DNA of 64,000 bases. Origin: Octopus sinensis (lineage: Eukaryota). The notes beneath the pieces are model-generated. The model worked only from the letters and a program-made list of their open reading frames with translations. It was not told where the DNA came from and did not search any database. The stretch covers positions 21,762,001-21,826,000 of the forward strand of contig NC_043007.1 in assembly GCF_006345805.1 (NCBI RefSeq). Direction: 5' to 3'. Position 1 is the first letter of the stretch, and every line of letters begins with the position of its first letter. The translations under genes and the position numbers were made by a program. Below are positions 13,466-25,659 of this stretch, in pieces.

Positions 13466-14033
13466 TTAACCCTTTAGTGCCATATCCAGCCCTAATATTC
13501 TACTTGCTTTATGTCCAAACTGGCTATATCTGGCCTCTCACACATACCCTACATTGCTATTCTGAAAATAAGCAATCACATCATTGAAATCGTAAAGCTT
13601 CAAGATAATTCAGGATTAATTTTAAATAATCGAAATCGATCAAAAATCAATGAAAATTGTAGTTGTGATACCAGTGCCGGTGGCACGTAAAAGAACCATC
13701 CTAATGTGGCTGCCTCGACTGGCCTCTGTGCCGGTGGCACATAAAATACACCAACCGATCATGGCTGTTGCCAGCCTCGCCTAGCACCTGTGCCAGTGGC
13801 ACATAAAAAGCACCCACTACACTCTCGGAGTGGTTGGTGTTAGGAAGGGCATCCAGCTGTAGAAACACTGTCAGATCAGACTGGGCCTGGTGTAGCCTCC
13901 TGGCTTCCCAGACCCCGGTCAAACCATCCAACCCATGCTAGCATGGAAAATGGACGTTAAACAATGATGATGATGATGAGTGCGAATAAATAAGCATTAC
14001 ATTTGACCAAATAATCTGAATGCTAAAGGGTTA
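13466..14033. mobile_element. Second TTAA-flanked MITE family (with nested family D element)
   Basis: TTAACCCTTTAG...CTAAAGGGTTAA ends; related pieces at ~4510-4660, 5060-5293, 47740-48170 and 49296-49510. Confidence 0.7.
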
Positions 14034-14409
14034 AAATAATTTTCCTCACTGCGGCATGGTAAATTATATGCAGTCCACACTGTAAAATGGTTAGTGACAG
14101 GAAGGGCATCTAACTGTGGAAACCATATATAAAATGAATAAAGGAATGAATGGAGTTGATGTAAGGGAGAGGGGACCCTTCAGTATTGTACAGGTAACCT
14201 CTTTAGTACAAGTAGCACAATGAAATGCACCTAGGTCAGGTTGTAAAACAGGGCATTCCAGCCACCTTGGCTACAGACCGATCCTGGGCCATGAAGCATT
14301 TGGTACTGAACCACACAGAAAGAATAAATTTTGAAATTTTATTTATATTTTATTGACTATTGCAGTCTGTAGAGTGTTCTTGCATTATAAATCGGTATTA
14401 TGTATGATA

Positions 14410-14805
14410 TATATATATATATATATAAAGCTGAAGTTGTCTGTATATAGCAGGTTTGGTACCCTTCAACTAACACTATCTCCTTCGAGACCCTGTGGCG
14501 CAAGTTAACTAAAATTGAGAGTATGATAGAAGAAGGCTTGCTCTTCCCTCCGTAGAAGAAAAAATTCAAATCAGACCATGTTAACACCAAAAATTATTTA
14601 CATCAAAAGGTGCTTTTTTTTCTATTAAAATACCTATTTTTCACGATTTTTTGTCTGCTGTGTCGCCATTTTTCGGTGTATTTCAACCAGAAAAATGTTC
14701 ACTTAAAGAAAATAACAAGCTACATAAAGCAAAATTTTTACTTATCAAAAATTCCAATTCTAAAGGGTCGAGACAAACCCAAGCAACGTCAGGCGATAGT
14801 GCTAG
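14410..14805 (+). mobile_element. Non-autonomous Helitron-like element
   Basis: Same sequence as the 35943 copy; ends in CTAG. Confidence 0.78.
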
Positions 14806-15153
14806 TCTACTCTGAATGGAATGATTAAAGTATATATTATGCACCTTATTGTGTTTTGTTACGAATGTGGCTTCCCAGTCTGTGGGGCAAAAAAGGCAGG
14901 GAACTGCTATTGTAAAGTATCATATTTACTTGTATATGAGTCACACTCTCTCTTTTTTTTTTACTCTCTTTTACTTGTTTCAGTCATTTGACTGCGGCCA
15001 TGCTGGAGCACCGCCTTTAGTCAAGCAAATCGACTCCAGGACTTATTCTTTGTAAGCCTAGTACTTATTCTATCGGTCTTTTTTTGCCGAACCACTAAGT
15101 TACGGGGACATAAACACACCAGCATCGGTTATCAAGCGATATTGTGGGGACAA

Positions 15154-15186
<33 letters not shown>

Positions 15187-17259
15187 ACAGACTCTTTCAG
15201 TTTCCATATACCAAATCCACTCACAAGGCTTTGGTTGGCCAGGGGCTATAGCAGAAGACACTTGCCCAAGGTGCCATGCAGTGGGAATGAACCCGGAGCC
15301 ATGTGGTTGGTAAGCAAGCTACTTACCACACAGCCACTCCTACGCCTATAAATGTTAAATGATGATGATGATGACGAAAGAGGTATATCTTTCTTCATTG
15401 TTGGGTGTGACAGACAAAGAAAAACCACAAGGATTAGCCAAGCACTATGAAACCTGTTCAGCCCAGACCTGCATGGAAAGACAACAGAGCTAAAACGATG
15501 GTGATGTAACATGATACTTTCTTATTTATTTTTCTTCAACCCTAGGACTCAAAAAGGCCAGTTACTCAATTTCCATGGTGTGCAAATAACAGAGATCACA
15601 ACAGACCTCTGCACAGAATGTTGGTCCATTTGAAGGGAGGGGTCAAGTTGATTACATTATTCTTTTACTTGTTTCAGTCATTTGACTGCGGCCATGCTGG
15701 AGCACCGCCTTTAGTCAAGCAAATCGACCCCGGGACTTATTCTTTGTAAGCCCAGTACTTATTCTATCGGTCTCTTTTGCCGAACCGCTAAGTGACGGGG
15801 ACGTAAACACACCAGCATCGGTTGTCAAGCAATGCTAGGGGGACAAACACAGTCACACAAACATATACACACACACTTATATATATATACATATATACAT
15901 ATATACGACAGGCTTCTTTCAGTTTCTGTCTACCAAATCCACTCACAAGATATTGGTTGGCCCGGGGCTATAGCAGAAGACACTTGCCCAAGATGCCACG
16001 CAGTGGGACTGAACCCGGAACCATGTGGTTGGTTAGCAAGCTACTTACCACACAGCCACTCCTACGCCTATTGTGTGTGTGTACTGACACACACACACAC
16101 TTGACTGATCTTTTAGTTTATCGACTCCAATTTTATAATGGTTTTAAATTTTGACACAGGGCCAGCAAATTTTGGGAAGGGGATAAATCAATTCTATCAA
16201 CCCCTCGTGCCCAACTGGGATGAAAAATATAGAGATGAAAAATATAGTTGACCATGGCAGGATTTGAACTCAGAATGTAAAGAGCTGCAAGTCTGACATG
16301 CTAATGACTGTCAGCTCATTGCCTGGATGAAACATGTCTAGAAGATTAAATTCCACTACAGTACTTTTCTAGCTGTGATACCAATGCTGGTGGCACATAA
16401 GAGAACCATCCGAACGTGGCCGTTGCCAGGGCTGCCCCAACTGGCCTCCATGCCGGTGGCACGTAAAAGGCACCATCCGATTGTGGCCATTGCCAACCTC
16501 GTCTGGCCCCCGTGCTGGTGGCACGTAAAAAGAACCATCCGATCGTGGCCATTTGCCAGCCTCGTCTGACACCTGTGCAGGTGGCACGTAAAAAGCACCC
16601 ACTATACTCATGGAGTGGTTGGCGTTAGGAAGGGCATCCAGCCGTAGAAACACTGCCAGATCAGACTGTGCCTGGCGCAGCCTTCTGGCTTCCAAGACCC
16701 CAGTTGAACCGTCCAACCCGTGCTAGCGCGGAAAACGGACGTTAAACGATGATGATGAGATAATTGTTTGTTATTGTTTGTCTCTCAGGTTTTCCCTGAA
16801 ACCAAATACTTTCCACCTGGAAAGCGAACACACACTTACGTCACCCTGTCCTTTCTAAAGAACTACAGATAAACAACCCATTCACGATCGTTTCTATCTG
16901 AAGGTAATCAAACCAGCACGCCGTCTTAGCTGTGGCATGGGTTTTAAACTGATCTTTTTGCAGATTAAAATACATAAAATTACAGGGATTGCAAGCTAAA
17001 AATTCTCTATATTTCAGAAACTAATTAGTTACTGGTGAAATTATTGAACAACTTCTTATTTCTTTATTGCCCACAAGGGGCTAAACATAGAGGGGATAAA
17101 CAAGGACACACAAAGGGATTAAGTCAATTACATCGACCCCAGTGCGTAACTGGTACTTAATTTATCGACCCCGAAAGGGTCAAAGACAAAGTCGACCTCA
17201 GCGGAATTTGAACTCAGAACGTAGTAGCAGACGAAATACCTGTTTCTTTATTATATATC

Positions 17260-19500
17260 ATCATTATCATCGTTTAATGTCCATTTTCCATGCTAGCATG
17301 AGTTGGACGGTTTGACCGGGTCTGGGAAACCAGGAGGCTGCACCAGGCTCCAGTCTGATCTGGCAGTGTTTCTACAGCTGGATGCCCTTCCTAAAGCCAA
17401 CCGCTCCATGAGTGTAGTGGGTGCTTTTTACGTGCCACTGGCACTGAGGCCAGTCAAGCACAGCAGGTCGCCCTACAATCCAAGGTAAAGCACAGCAGGC
17501 CGTTCTGCGATCCAATGTACTTTGGATGGGCTGGGGCTGCTATGTGATGCTGGTGCAGGAAACAGCCATGAACTCACGTTATTTGTTGGGTCTTCGCAGT
17601 CACAGCATATCTCCAGAGATCTCGGTCTTTTGTCATTGCCTCTGTGAGGCTCAATGTTTGAAGTCTCATGCTTGACCACCTCATCCCATGTCTTCCTGGG
17701 TCTACCTCTACCCCAAATTCCTTCAACTGTTTGGGTGTGGCACTTCTTCACACATCTCTACTCATCCATCCGTACATGACCATACCAGCGCAAACGTCTC
17801 TCTTGCACGCCACACCCAATGCTTCTTATGACCAGCATTTCTCTCAGGGTGCTTACACTGTCATGTGTGCACACTGACATTACACATCCAGTGGATCATG
17901 CTAGCTTCATTTCTTTCAAGCCTACGCATGTCCTCTACAGTCACAGCCCATGTTTCACTACCATGAAGCATGGCAGTTTGAACACATGCATCATACAATC
18001 TACCTTTCACTCTGAGCGAGAGACCCTTTCTAAACTTTGCCCAGGCTATTCGTATTCTAGTGGTGACACTCTCTGAGCACCCACCTCCACTATTAACTTG
18101 GTCACCTAGGTAGCGGAAACTATCAACTACTTCTAGTTTCTTCCCCTGGAGTGTAACAGAATCTGTTATCTGAGTATCTGTGGTGTCTATTGCCCCTGTG
18201 CATCTGCAGGACACGAAAGCTATCTTCTCGGTTAATTTTCCTTTGATGTTGCTGCACCTCTTATACGTCCATAGCTTACACTGGGTACATCTTATGGAGT
18301 TTCTACCTACACCCTTTCTACAGATTGAGCAGGGCCACCTACCTGAGGGTGTGTGTGGTGAGTTTGCCTTCCTACTTACTATAACTTTGGTCTTTGCTAC
18401 ATTGACTCTAAGGCCTTTCGATTCTAAACCGAGGTTCCACACCTGAAATTTCTTTTCTAGTTCCGGTAGTGATTCTGCTATGAGGGCCAGGTCATCAGCA
18501 TAGAGCTCCCAGGGGCAACCCTTCTTGAATTCCTCTGTTATTGCCTGGAGGACTATGATGAATAAAAGGGGACTAAGGACTGAACCTTGGTGGACCCCTA
18601 CTTCTACTTGGAATTCTTCACTATACTCGTTGCCAATCCTAACCTTGCTGACAGCCTCTCTGTAGAGGACCTGAACAGCCCTTATTAACCATTCATCAAT
18701 CTCCAGTTTCCGCATCACCCACCAGATAAGGGATTGGGGGACCCTGTCAAAGGCTGTCTCCAAGTCCACGAAAGCTATGTAGAGGGGTTTATCTTTAGCT
18801 AGGTATTTCTCCTGCAGTTGTTGAACCAGGAATATGGCATCAGTGGTGCTTCTACCCGGAACAAAACCAAACTGCATCTCATCTAAGCAGACTCTCTCTC
18901 CCTAATGTGATGGGCTATGACCATCTCTGTGCCCTTCATCACCTGATCCAGCAGTTTAATACCCCTGTAGTTATTTCTATCTAGAGCATCACTTTTACCC
19001 TTGTAGCAGTTGACTATGGTGCTGCTATGCCAGTCATTGGGTATGACTCCATCACAAACTACCTGGTTTACAATGCGGGTGACTAGGCCATAGCCCACAC
19101 CACCAGATGTTTTAAGCATCTCAGCAGTGATTCCTGATGGGCCAGGGGCTTTTCCTGGCTTCATACTCTTAATGGCTTAATCTACTAGGGAACTGTCTAT
19201 TCGGATAGCTGGTCCCTCTACTGGGTCAACATTTGGTAGGCTCTCCTCCTCCCATTCCTTCTCCACATTCAGCAGTTTTTCAGAATGGCTTCTCCAAACC
19301 TCTTTCTTTTCAGAAACATTAAAAGCAAGGGCATCATCATCCATGCGGACACATTGCTCTCCTGTAACATCACAATTTTCTCTCTCACACTGTCTGGCAA
19401 TCCGAAATACCTCAGTCCTTTGGTCCTCACGTCGTCGGAGATTGGTAAACTTCTTTTCTGCTTCGCCCTTGGCTATGTATACCTGCTGCCCAGCCTCCCT
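17260..19500 (-). mobile_element. 5'-truncated, frameshifted RTE-clade LINE (RT domain, Cys-rich insert, 3' UTR, (GAT)n tail)
   Basis: ORFs 19177-19584, 18883-19164 (GKAPGPSGITAEML, NYRGIKLL), 17861-18877 (QFGFVPGRSTTDAIF, GVHQGSVLSPLLF, YADDLAL, MLHGSETWA) and 17473-17751 (GRGRPRKTW); ATG/GAT-repeat tail near 17260-17272. Confidence 0.92.
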
Positions 19501-19964
19501 TTTAAGAACACAAAACATCCGGACAGTTAGGTGATACAAAAATGGGACAACAAAACATCCAGATAGACGATACAAAGAAAACAAGGAGGGGTCATTTGAA
19601 GTTTTCTTTCCTCGGTCAAGTGCTAGATTATCTTTGCAATTTCGGCTGGTTATACTTGAGATTGCTCCAATCTGGCCAGCCTCGAGGAAAAACTAAGCTA
19701 AGAGCATTAATTCCTTGGAAGAAAACAACGAATGTATACAAAAACAAAGAGGGAAAAAAACGAACAATGTTACAAAAAAAACAAATACAATAAAAATAAT
19801 AAAAACAGCAATAATAAAAATAATATATATACACACACATATATATATATATATACAGTAGAACCTTGGTTTCCGAACAACTCTGATCACAAATAAATCA
19901 TACTTTATCTCCTGTCTTTCTCATATTCATTTAATACAGTATTACCTCAGTTTATGAATGCCTC

Positions 19965-19994
<30 letters not shown>

Positions 19995-19995
<1 letters not shown>

Positions 19996-20290
19996 CACCG
20001 TGACCGACCAGGCTATCAGATGTTGCTACACATTACTGATCACAATGCGCTTCGCATTGTTTTAGCCTTGAAATGACGCCACCCCGCTGGCTAAGCGAGC
20101 AGGCCAACAGAAGAAAGAGTGAGAGAAAAGTTGTGGTGAAAGAGTACAGCAGGGATCGCCATCATCCGCTGCCGGAGCCTTGTGGAGCTTTAGGTGTTTT
20201 CGCTCAATAAACACTCACAACGCCCGGTCTGGGAATCGAAACCGCGTCCTACGGAGTCTCCTGCCCTAACCACTGGGCCATTGCACCTCT
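19995..20290 (-). mobile_element. SINE with family C head and a third tail type
   Basis: Same head; tail ...gtagcaacatctgatagcctggtcggtcacggtga shared with 58875-59090. Confidence 0.8.
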
Positions 20291-20297
20291 CTCTCTC

Positions 20298-20334
<37 letters not shown>

Positions 20335-20542
20335 TATATACTCTTTTACTTGTTTCAGTCATTTGACTGCGGCCATGCTAGAGCACCGCCTTTAATCGAG
20401 CAACTCAACCCCGGACTTATTCTTTTGTAAGCCCAGTACTTATTCTATCGGTTTCTTTTGCCGAACCACTAAGTAACGGGGACGTAAACACACCAGCATC
20501 GGTTGTCAAGCAATGCTAGGGGGACAAACGCAGACATACACG

Positions 20543-20586
<44 letters not shown>

Positions 20587-23199
20587 TACGACGGGCTTCT
20601 TCCAGTTTCCGTCTACCAAATCCACTCACAAGGCATTGGTCAGCCCGGGGCTATAGCAGAAGACACTTGCCCAAGGTGCCACGCAGTGGGACTGAACCTG
20701 GAACCATGTGGTTGGTTAGTAAGCTACTTACCTCACAGCCACTCCTGCGCCTATATTATATCTATATATATATTATATATGTATCAAAGGTAGAACAGAA
20801 AAAACAACAAATGGAAATGGTCAAAACACAACATGCAGAAAACATTATGATAGCACAATGGCAAACACAACTGTACAAGATACACAGATCATTCACAGCC
20901 AATTGCCTCTTCAGTCAGAGTCTGGGATGTCCATGTAGTTTCACCCACTTATACACACAATGGCTTACTTTCGGTTTATCTACCAAGTCCACTCACAAGG
21001 CTTTGGTTGGCTCCAGGCTATAATAGGAAACACTTACCCAAGATACTTCGCAGCAGGACTGAAGCTGGAACCATGTGGTTGAGAAGCGAGCTTCTTTAGA
21101 CATAGCCACACCCACACCTATCGTGTTTGCTTATTTAAATTGTTTTAAATTAATTATGCATCATCTTGTGGCTTTGAGATTCCAATGATGCAATCGCTTA
21201 TTTTTAGAATAAAACTCTGCTTGCAAAAACCTGTTGAGGCAAGTGAAATCAAAATCGATGACTGGCGTCCATGCTAGCGGGGTGCAAAGAGCACCATATG
21301 AGTGTGATCATTGACAGAGTGGCTAATCGGCTTCCGTGCCGGTGGCTTGTAAAAGGCACCATCCAAGTGTGATCGTTACCAGCATCGCGTTACTGGCACT
21401 CGAGCCCCATGCTAGTAGGATATTAAGAGCACTATCCGAGCATGATCATTGCCAGAGCGACTATCTGGCCTCTGTGCCAGTGGCATGTAAAAGACACCAT
21501 TTGAGTGTGATCGTTACCAGCATCGCCTTACTGGCACCTGTACCAGTGGCATATGTAAAAGATTTGAGCGAGGTCATTGCCAGTACCACATGACTGGCCC
21601 TGTGCCAGTGGCACGTAAAAGCACCCACTACACTCTCGGAGTGGTTGGCATTAGGAAGGGCATCCAGCTGTAGAAACTCTGCCAGATCAAGATTGGAGCC
21701 TGGTGCAGCCATCTGGTTCACCAGCCCTCAGTCAAAATCGTCCAACCCATGCTAGCATGGAAAGCGGACGTTAAACAATGATGATGATGATGATGATGAT
21801 GATTACCGAAGAAGCATGAGAAACCAGATCTGGTTTAAATATGAAACAGGTAGAATAAGTAGAGATGCAACAAGGAATTTTGTCAGTGATCAGGTAGGAA
21901 CAGGTTGGCTGGATATGGCCAGTTTGAATGTTGAAGGGTTAAGGAAGTGAACTTCAGGACTCAACCAATAACATCTCTTGTTCTCATATCCTGATATTTC
22001 TAGATGATGATTCCAATCCTTTCCATCATCATCATCATCATCATCATCATTTAATGTCCGTTTTCTGTGCTAGCATGGGTTGGATGGTTCGACCAGGGTC
22101 TGGAAAGCCAGGAGGCTGCACCAGGCCCCAGTCTGATCTGGCAGTGTTTCTACACTGCACGGCACTTTGGGCAAGTGTCTTCTCCTATACCCTCAGGCCG
22201 ACCAAAGCCTTATGAGTGGATTTGGTAGATGGAAACTGAATGAAGCCCATCGTATATATGTATATATATATGTGTGTGTGTGTATGTATGTATGTGTTTG
22301 TCCCCCCCAACATCGCTTGACAACCAATGCTGGTGTGTTTATGTCCCCGTAACTTAGAGGTTCGGCAAAAGAGACCGATAGAATAAGTACTAGGCTTACA
22401 AAGAATAAGTCCTGGGGTCAATTTGCTCGACTAAAGGCGGTGCTCCAGCATGGCCACAGTCAAATGATTGAAACAAGTAAAAGAGAAAGTAAAGAGAGAA
22501 TTGATTAACTGCATAAAATGTTTTCCTACACCATGAACATAGTTACTCTCCCATCTTTAGCTCAAGCTTTTCAATATTATGAAATCCATTATGTATCTGC
22601 TGATTTGATTATGTTTTAGTTAACATCTTTTACTCTAAAATATTGATATAAAATGTAAAAAAAGTATCGTAACACACTTGCTAAGTAGAAGTGTATTTAG
22701 GGAAGCCAGTAAAATGTTAAAAGATTTATCATATTTACTTGTATTTAAATCACATTATTTTATCATTGATTTTAACACACAAAAAAAAAGCCTAGGGTGT
22801 CACCTATCGTCATTTAACAGGAGCTGGTAAGCCAGAGGGCTGCAATAGGCCCCAATCATGTTCTGGCATGATTTCTATGGCTGGATGCCCTTCCTAACAC
22901 CAACCACTTCACAGAGTGTACTGGGTGCTTTTTACAGGACACTGGCATGGGAATCTTTTTTCACATGGCACCAGCACAGATACTTTTTCAAGTAGCAGCG
23001 ACACAGGTACTTTCTTTACATGGCACCAATACAGGTGCTCTTTCAAGTGGCACAGGCAGGGATACTTCTTTTACATGGCACCAGCATGGGTACTCTCCAT
23101 GTGGCACTGACACGAGTCCTTTTTTATGTAGTGCCTGCACAGGTGCTTTTTCTTTACATGAAGTCTGGTGCAGGCTTCGGCCTGGCTGGCTCTTGTGGT

Positions 23200-23619
23200 A
23201 CCTATTTCTTTACTACCCACAAGGGGCTAAACACAGAGGGGACAAACAAGGACAGACAAATGGATTAAGTCGATTATATCAACCCCAATGCGTAACTGGT
23301 ACTTAATTTATCGACCCCAAAAGGATGAAAGGCGAAGTTGACCTTGGCGGAATTTGAACTCAGAACGTAACGGCAGACGGAATACCTATTTCTTTACTAC
23401 CCACAAGGGGCTAAACATAGAGGAGACAAACAAGGACAGACAAATGGATTAAGTCGATTATATCGACCCCAGTGCGTAACTGGTATTTAATTTATCGAGC
23501 CCAAAAGGATGAAAGGCAAAGTCGACCTTGGCGGAATTTGAACTCAGAACGTAATGGCAGACGAAATATAGCTATGCATTTCGCCTGGCGTGCTAACGTT
23601 TCTGCCAGCTCGCCGCCTT
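23200..23619 (-). mobile_element. SINE family B, tandem dimer
   Basis: Two bodies plus one head; flanking duplication TTGTGGTACC. Confidence 0.85.
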
Positions 23620-23811
23620 GTGGTACCATCCCACCCATGCTAGTATGAAACACAGACATTAAGTGATGATGATGACGATGATGATGAAGCCAGTATGGGT
23701 GCTTTTAACATAGCACTGGCTATATGTGGAGCAATGGTAATCAATATCAAGTTTGAAAATGAAGGGAAAAAATTTTGTACAACGATTTAAAACAAAATGA
23801 AAGGTATGACT

Positions 23812-24216
23812 TACTCTTTACTCTTTAACTTGTTTCAGTCATTTGACTGCGGCCATGCTGGAGCACCGCCTTTAGTCGAGCAAATCGACCCCGGGACTTA
23901 TTCTTTGTAAGCCCAGTACTTATTCTATCGGTCTCTTTTGCCGAACCGCTAAGTGACGGGGATGTAAACACACCAGCATCGGTTGTCAAGCAATGCTAGG
24001 GGGACAAACACAGACACACGAACACACACACATATATATATACATATATACGACAGGCTTCTTTCAGTTTCCGTCTACCAAATCCACTCACAAGGCATTG
24101 GTCGGCCCGAGGCTATAGTAGAAGACACTTGCCCAAGATGCCGCGCAGTGGGACTGAACCCGGAACCATGTGGTTGGTAAGCAAGCTACTTACCACACAG
24201 TCACTCCTGCGCCTAT
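23812..24216 (-). mobile_element. SINE family A copy immediately upstream of the SERBP1-like fragment
   Basis: Near-identical to the other family A copies. Confidence 0.9.
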
Positions 24217-24249
24217 AGATTTTAAAAAAAATCAAGTGTGAATGATTAG

Positions 24250-24682
24250 TTTCAGTGATCGTGGCAGAAAAAGGGAATTTGAACGACACAGTGGCAGTGA
24301 TAAAACTGGAGTAAAGGCAGATGAGAAAAAGGAAGGTGGTGGCTCCCACAATTGGGGAACAATGAAAGATGATATGTATTCGACCAATTCTAGGGAGCAG
24401 CTCAAGGAGACTGAGACTCAGGAGTGGAGTGCCCAAGCAGAGGATGCCGAAAACCAGGATCCTAATGAGACCACTGCAGAGACCACAGAGGCCAATCCTG
24501 AAGTGCCTGACGAAGAGCAAATCGTCAAGCAAATGACCCTGGACGAATGGAAGGCCCCGGAGAAGGAAAACCGTGTAAAAACTGAGTTCAACATCAGCAA
24601 GCCCAATGAAGGGGTTGACGAGTCTCAGAGGAAGAAGACCTATGTTCTGAAAAAGAAAGAATCTGATGAAGAGGATGAACAA
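24250..24682 (+). pseudogene. SERBP1: SERBP1/HABP4-family (PAI-RBP1/Vig-like) processed pseudogene fragment
   Basis: KREFERHSGSDKTGVKADEKKEGGGSHNWG and QMTLDEWKA...TEFNISKPNEG are hallmark HABP4_PAI-RBP1 motifs; intronless, lacks N- and C-termini, runs into an A-tract. Confidence 0.85.
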
Positions 24683-25659
24683 ATAAAAAAAAAAAAAAAA
24701 ATTTCAAAGTTACAAAATAGAATTTTGTAAGTACCATTTGTTACCGAACTTGTCTGTGCTGAAATCAAACGTAAAACACTCCATGAAGATATTTTCAAAA
24801 GACTTCCCATGTTATTTCGTCATTGTACAAAAATTATTAAAATGAAATTAACAGGAAAAAAAAAATCTTTAAATTTTATTTTACAAATCTAAAAATTACA
24901 ATTTCTCTGTAATACAGTCACACTGCTGGAGATTCAAAGTTCAGTGAACAAGGATAAAATATTGGCTTTTTTTTTTTTTTTTTAGAATTGTCCCTGCATG
25001 AGCCCTTTTTGTTATGTTTCGTTTTTATTTTTTTTTTATTTATATATTTTTTAAATTTTTGTTTTGGCCTTCAAATCTTTCTGTTGCACTTCTTTATGAA
25101 TGCTGATGGTCAGCGAATTTACTTTAGAGACAGTCAACAAACTCAATCTGAAATAAGATTCCATCAGGTAAATTGAAAAGTTTCAAAAGAAAAAGCCACA
25201 GAAAAAGATCCTTTCAAAAGCTTAGAGACGTCAGCATTAAACCATGCCATGGTTTTTCTTTATATATATATATATATCTATATGGGCTAGAAGCAGTTGA
25301 TGTATAAACATTGAGCCACCAGTTTTTCATGTTCTCTTTTTCTTTTCAGATTAATACACAGCAACAAGTGGTTGCTGAATATTACGTAACAAAGTGGCTG
25401 ACTGGATGACAGCAGTATGAGAGCAATCTGCCAGGAAGAAGACGATGAGTGGAGGAAAGAAATATGGTTTATCTGGATTTTTTTTAGAGTCTGTTGTAGG
25501 CTAAAACGCCTTTATTACATTTTTCAAGTTTCATTGTAGAACGCACACATTTATACATTTGACTGGTGAAAGATGAATAATGAATAATGGATGTAATTAA
25601 TCTTGAGAAGCAGCCAAATTAAAATATTAAAAAAAAAAAAATTTTTGTACAACTAATAA

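Noticed and set aside
19640-19700. Minus-strand GGCTGG...CCAGCC-GAAA hairpin (also CTGAAGA on the minus strand near 30740)
   Set aside because: Only half of a hammerhead core is present in each case; possibly decayed PLE ends, but not supportable.
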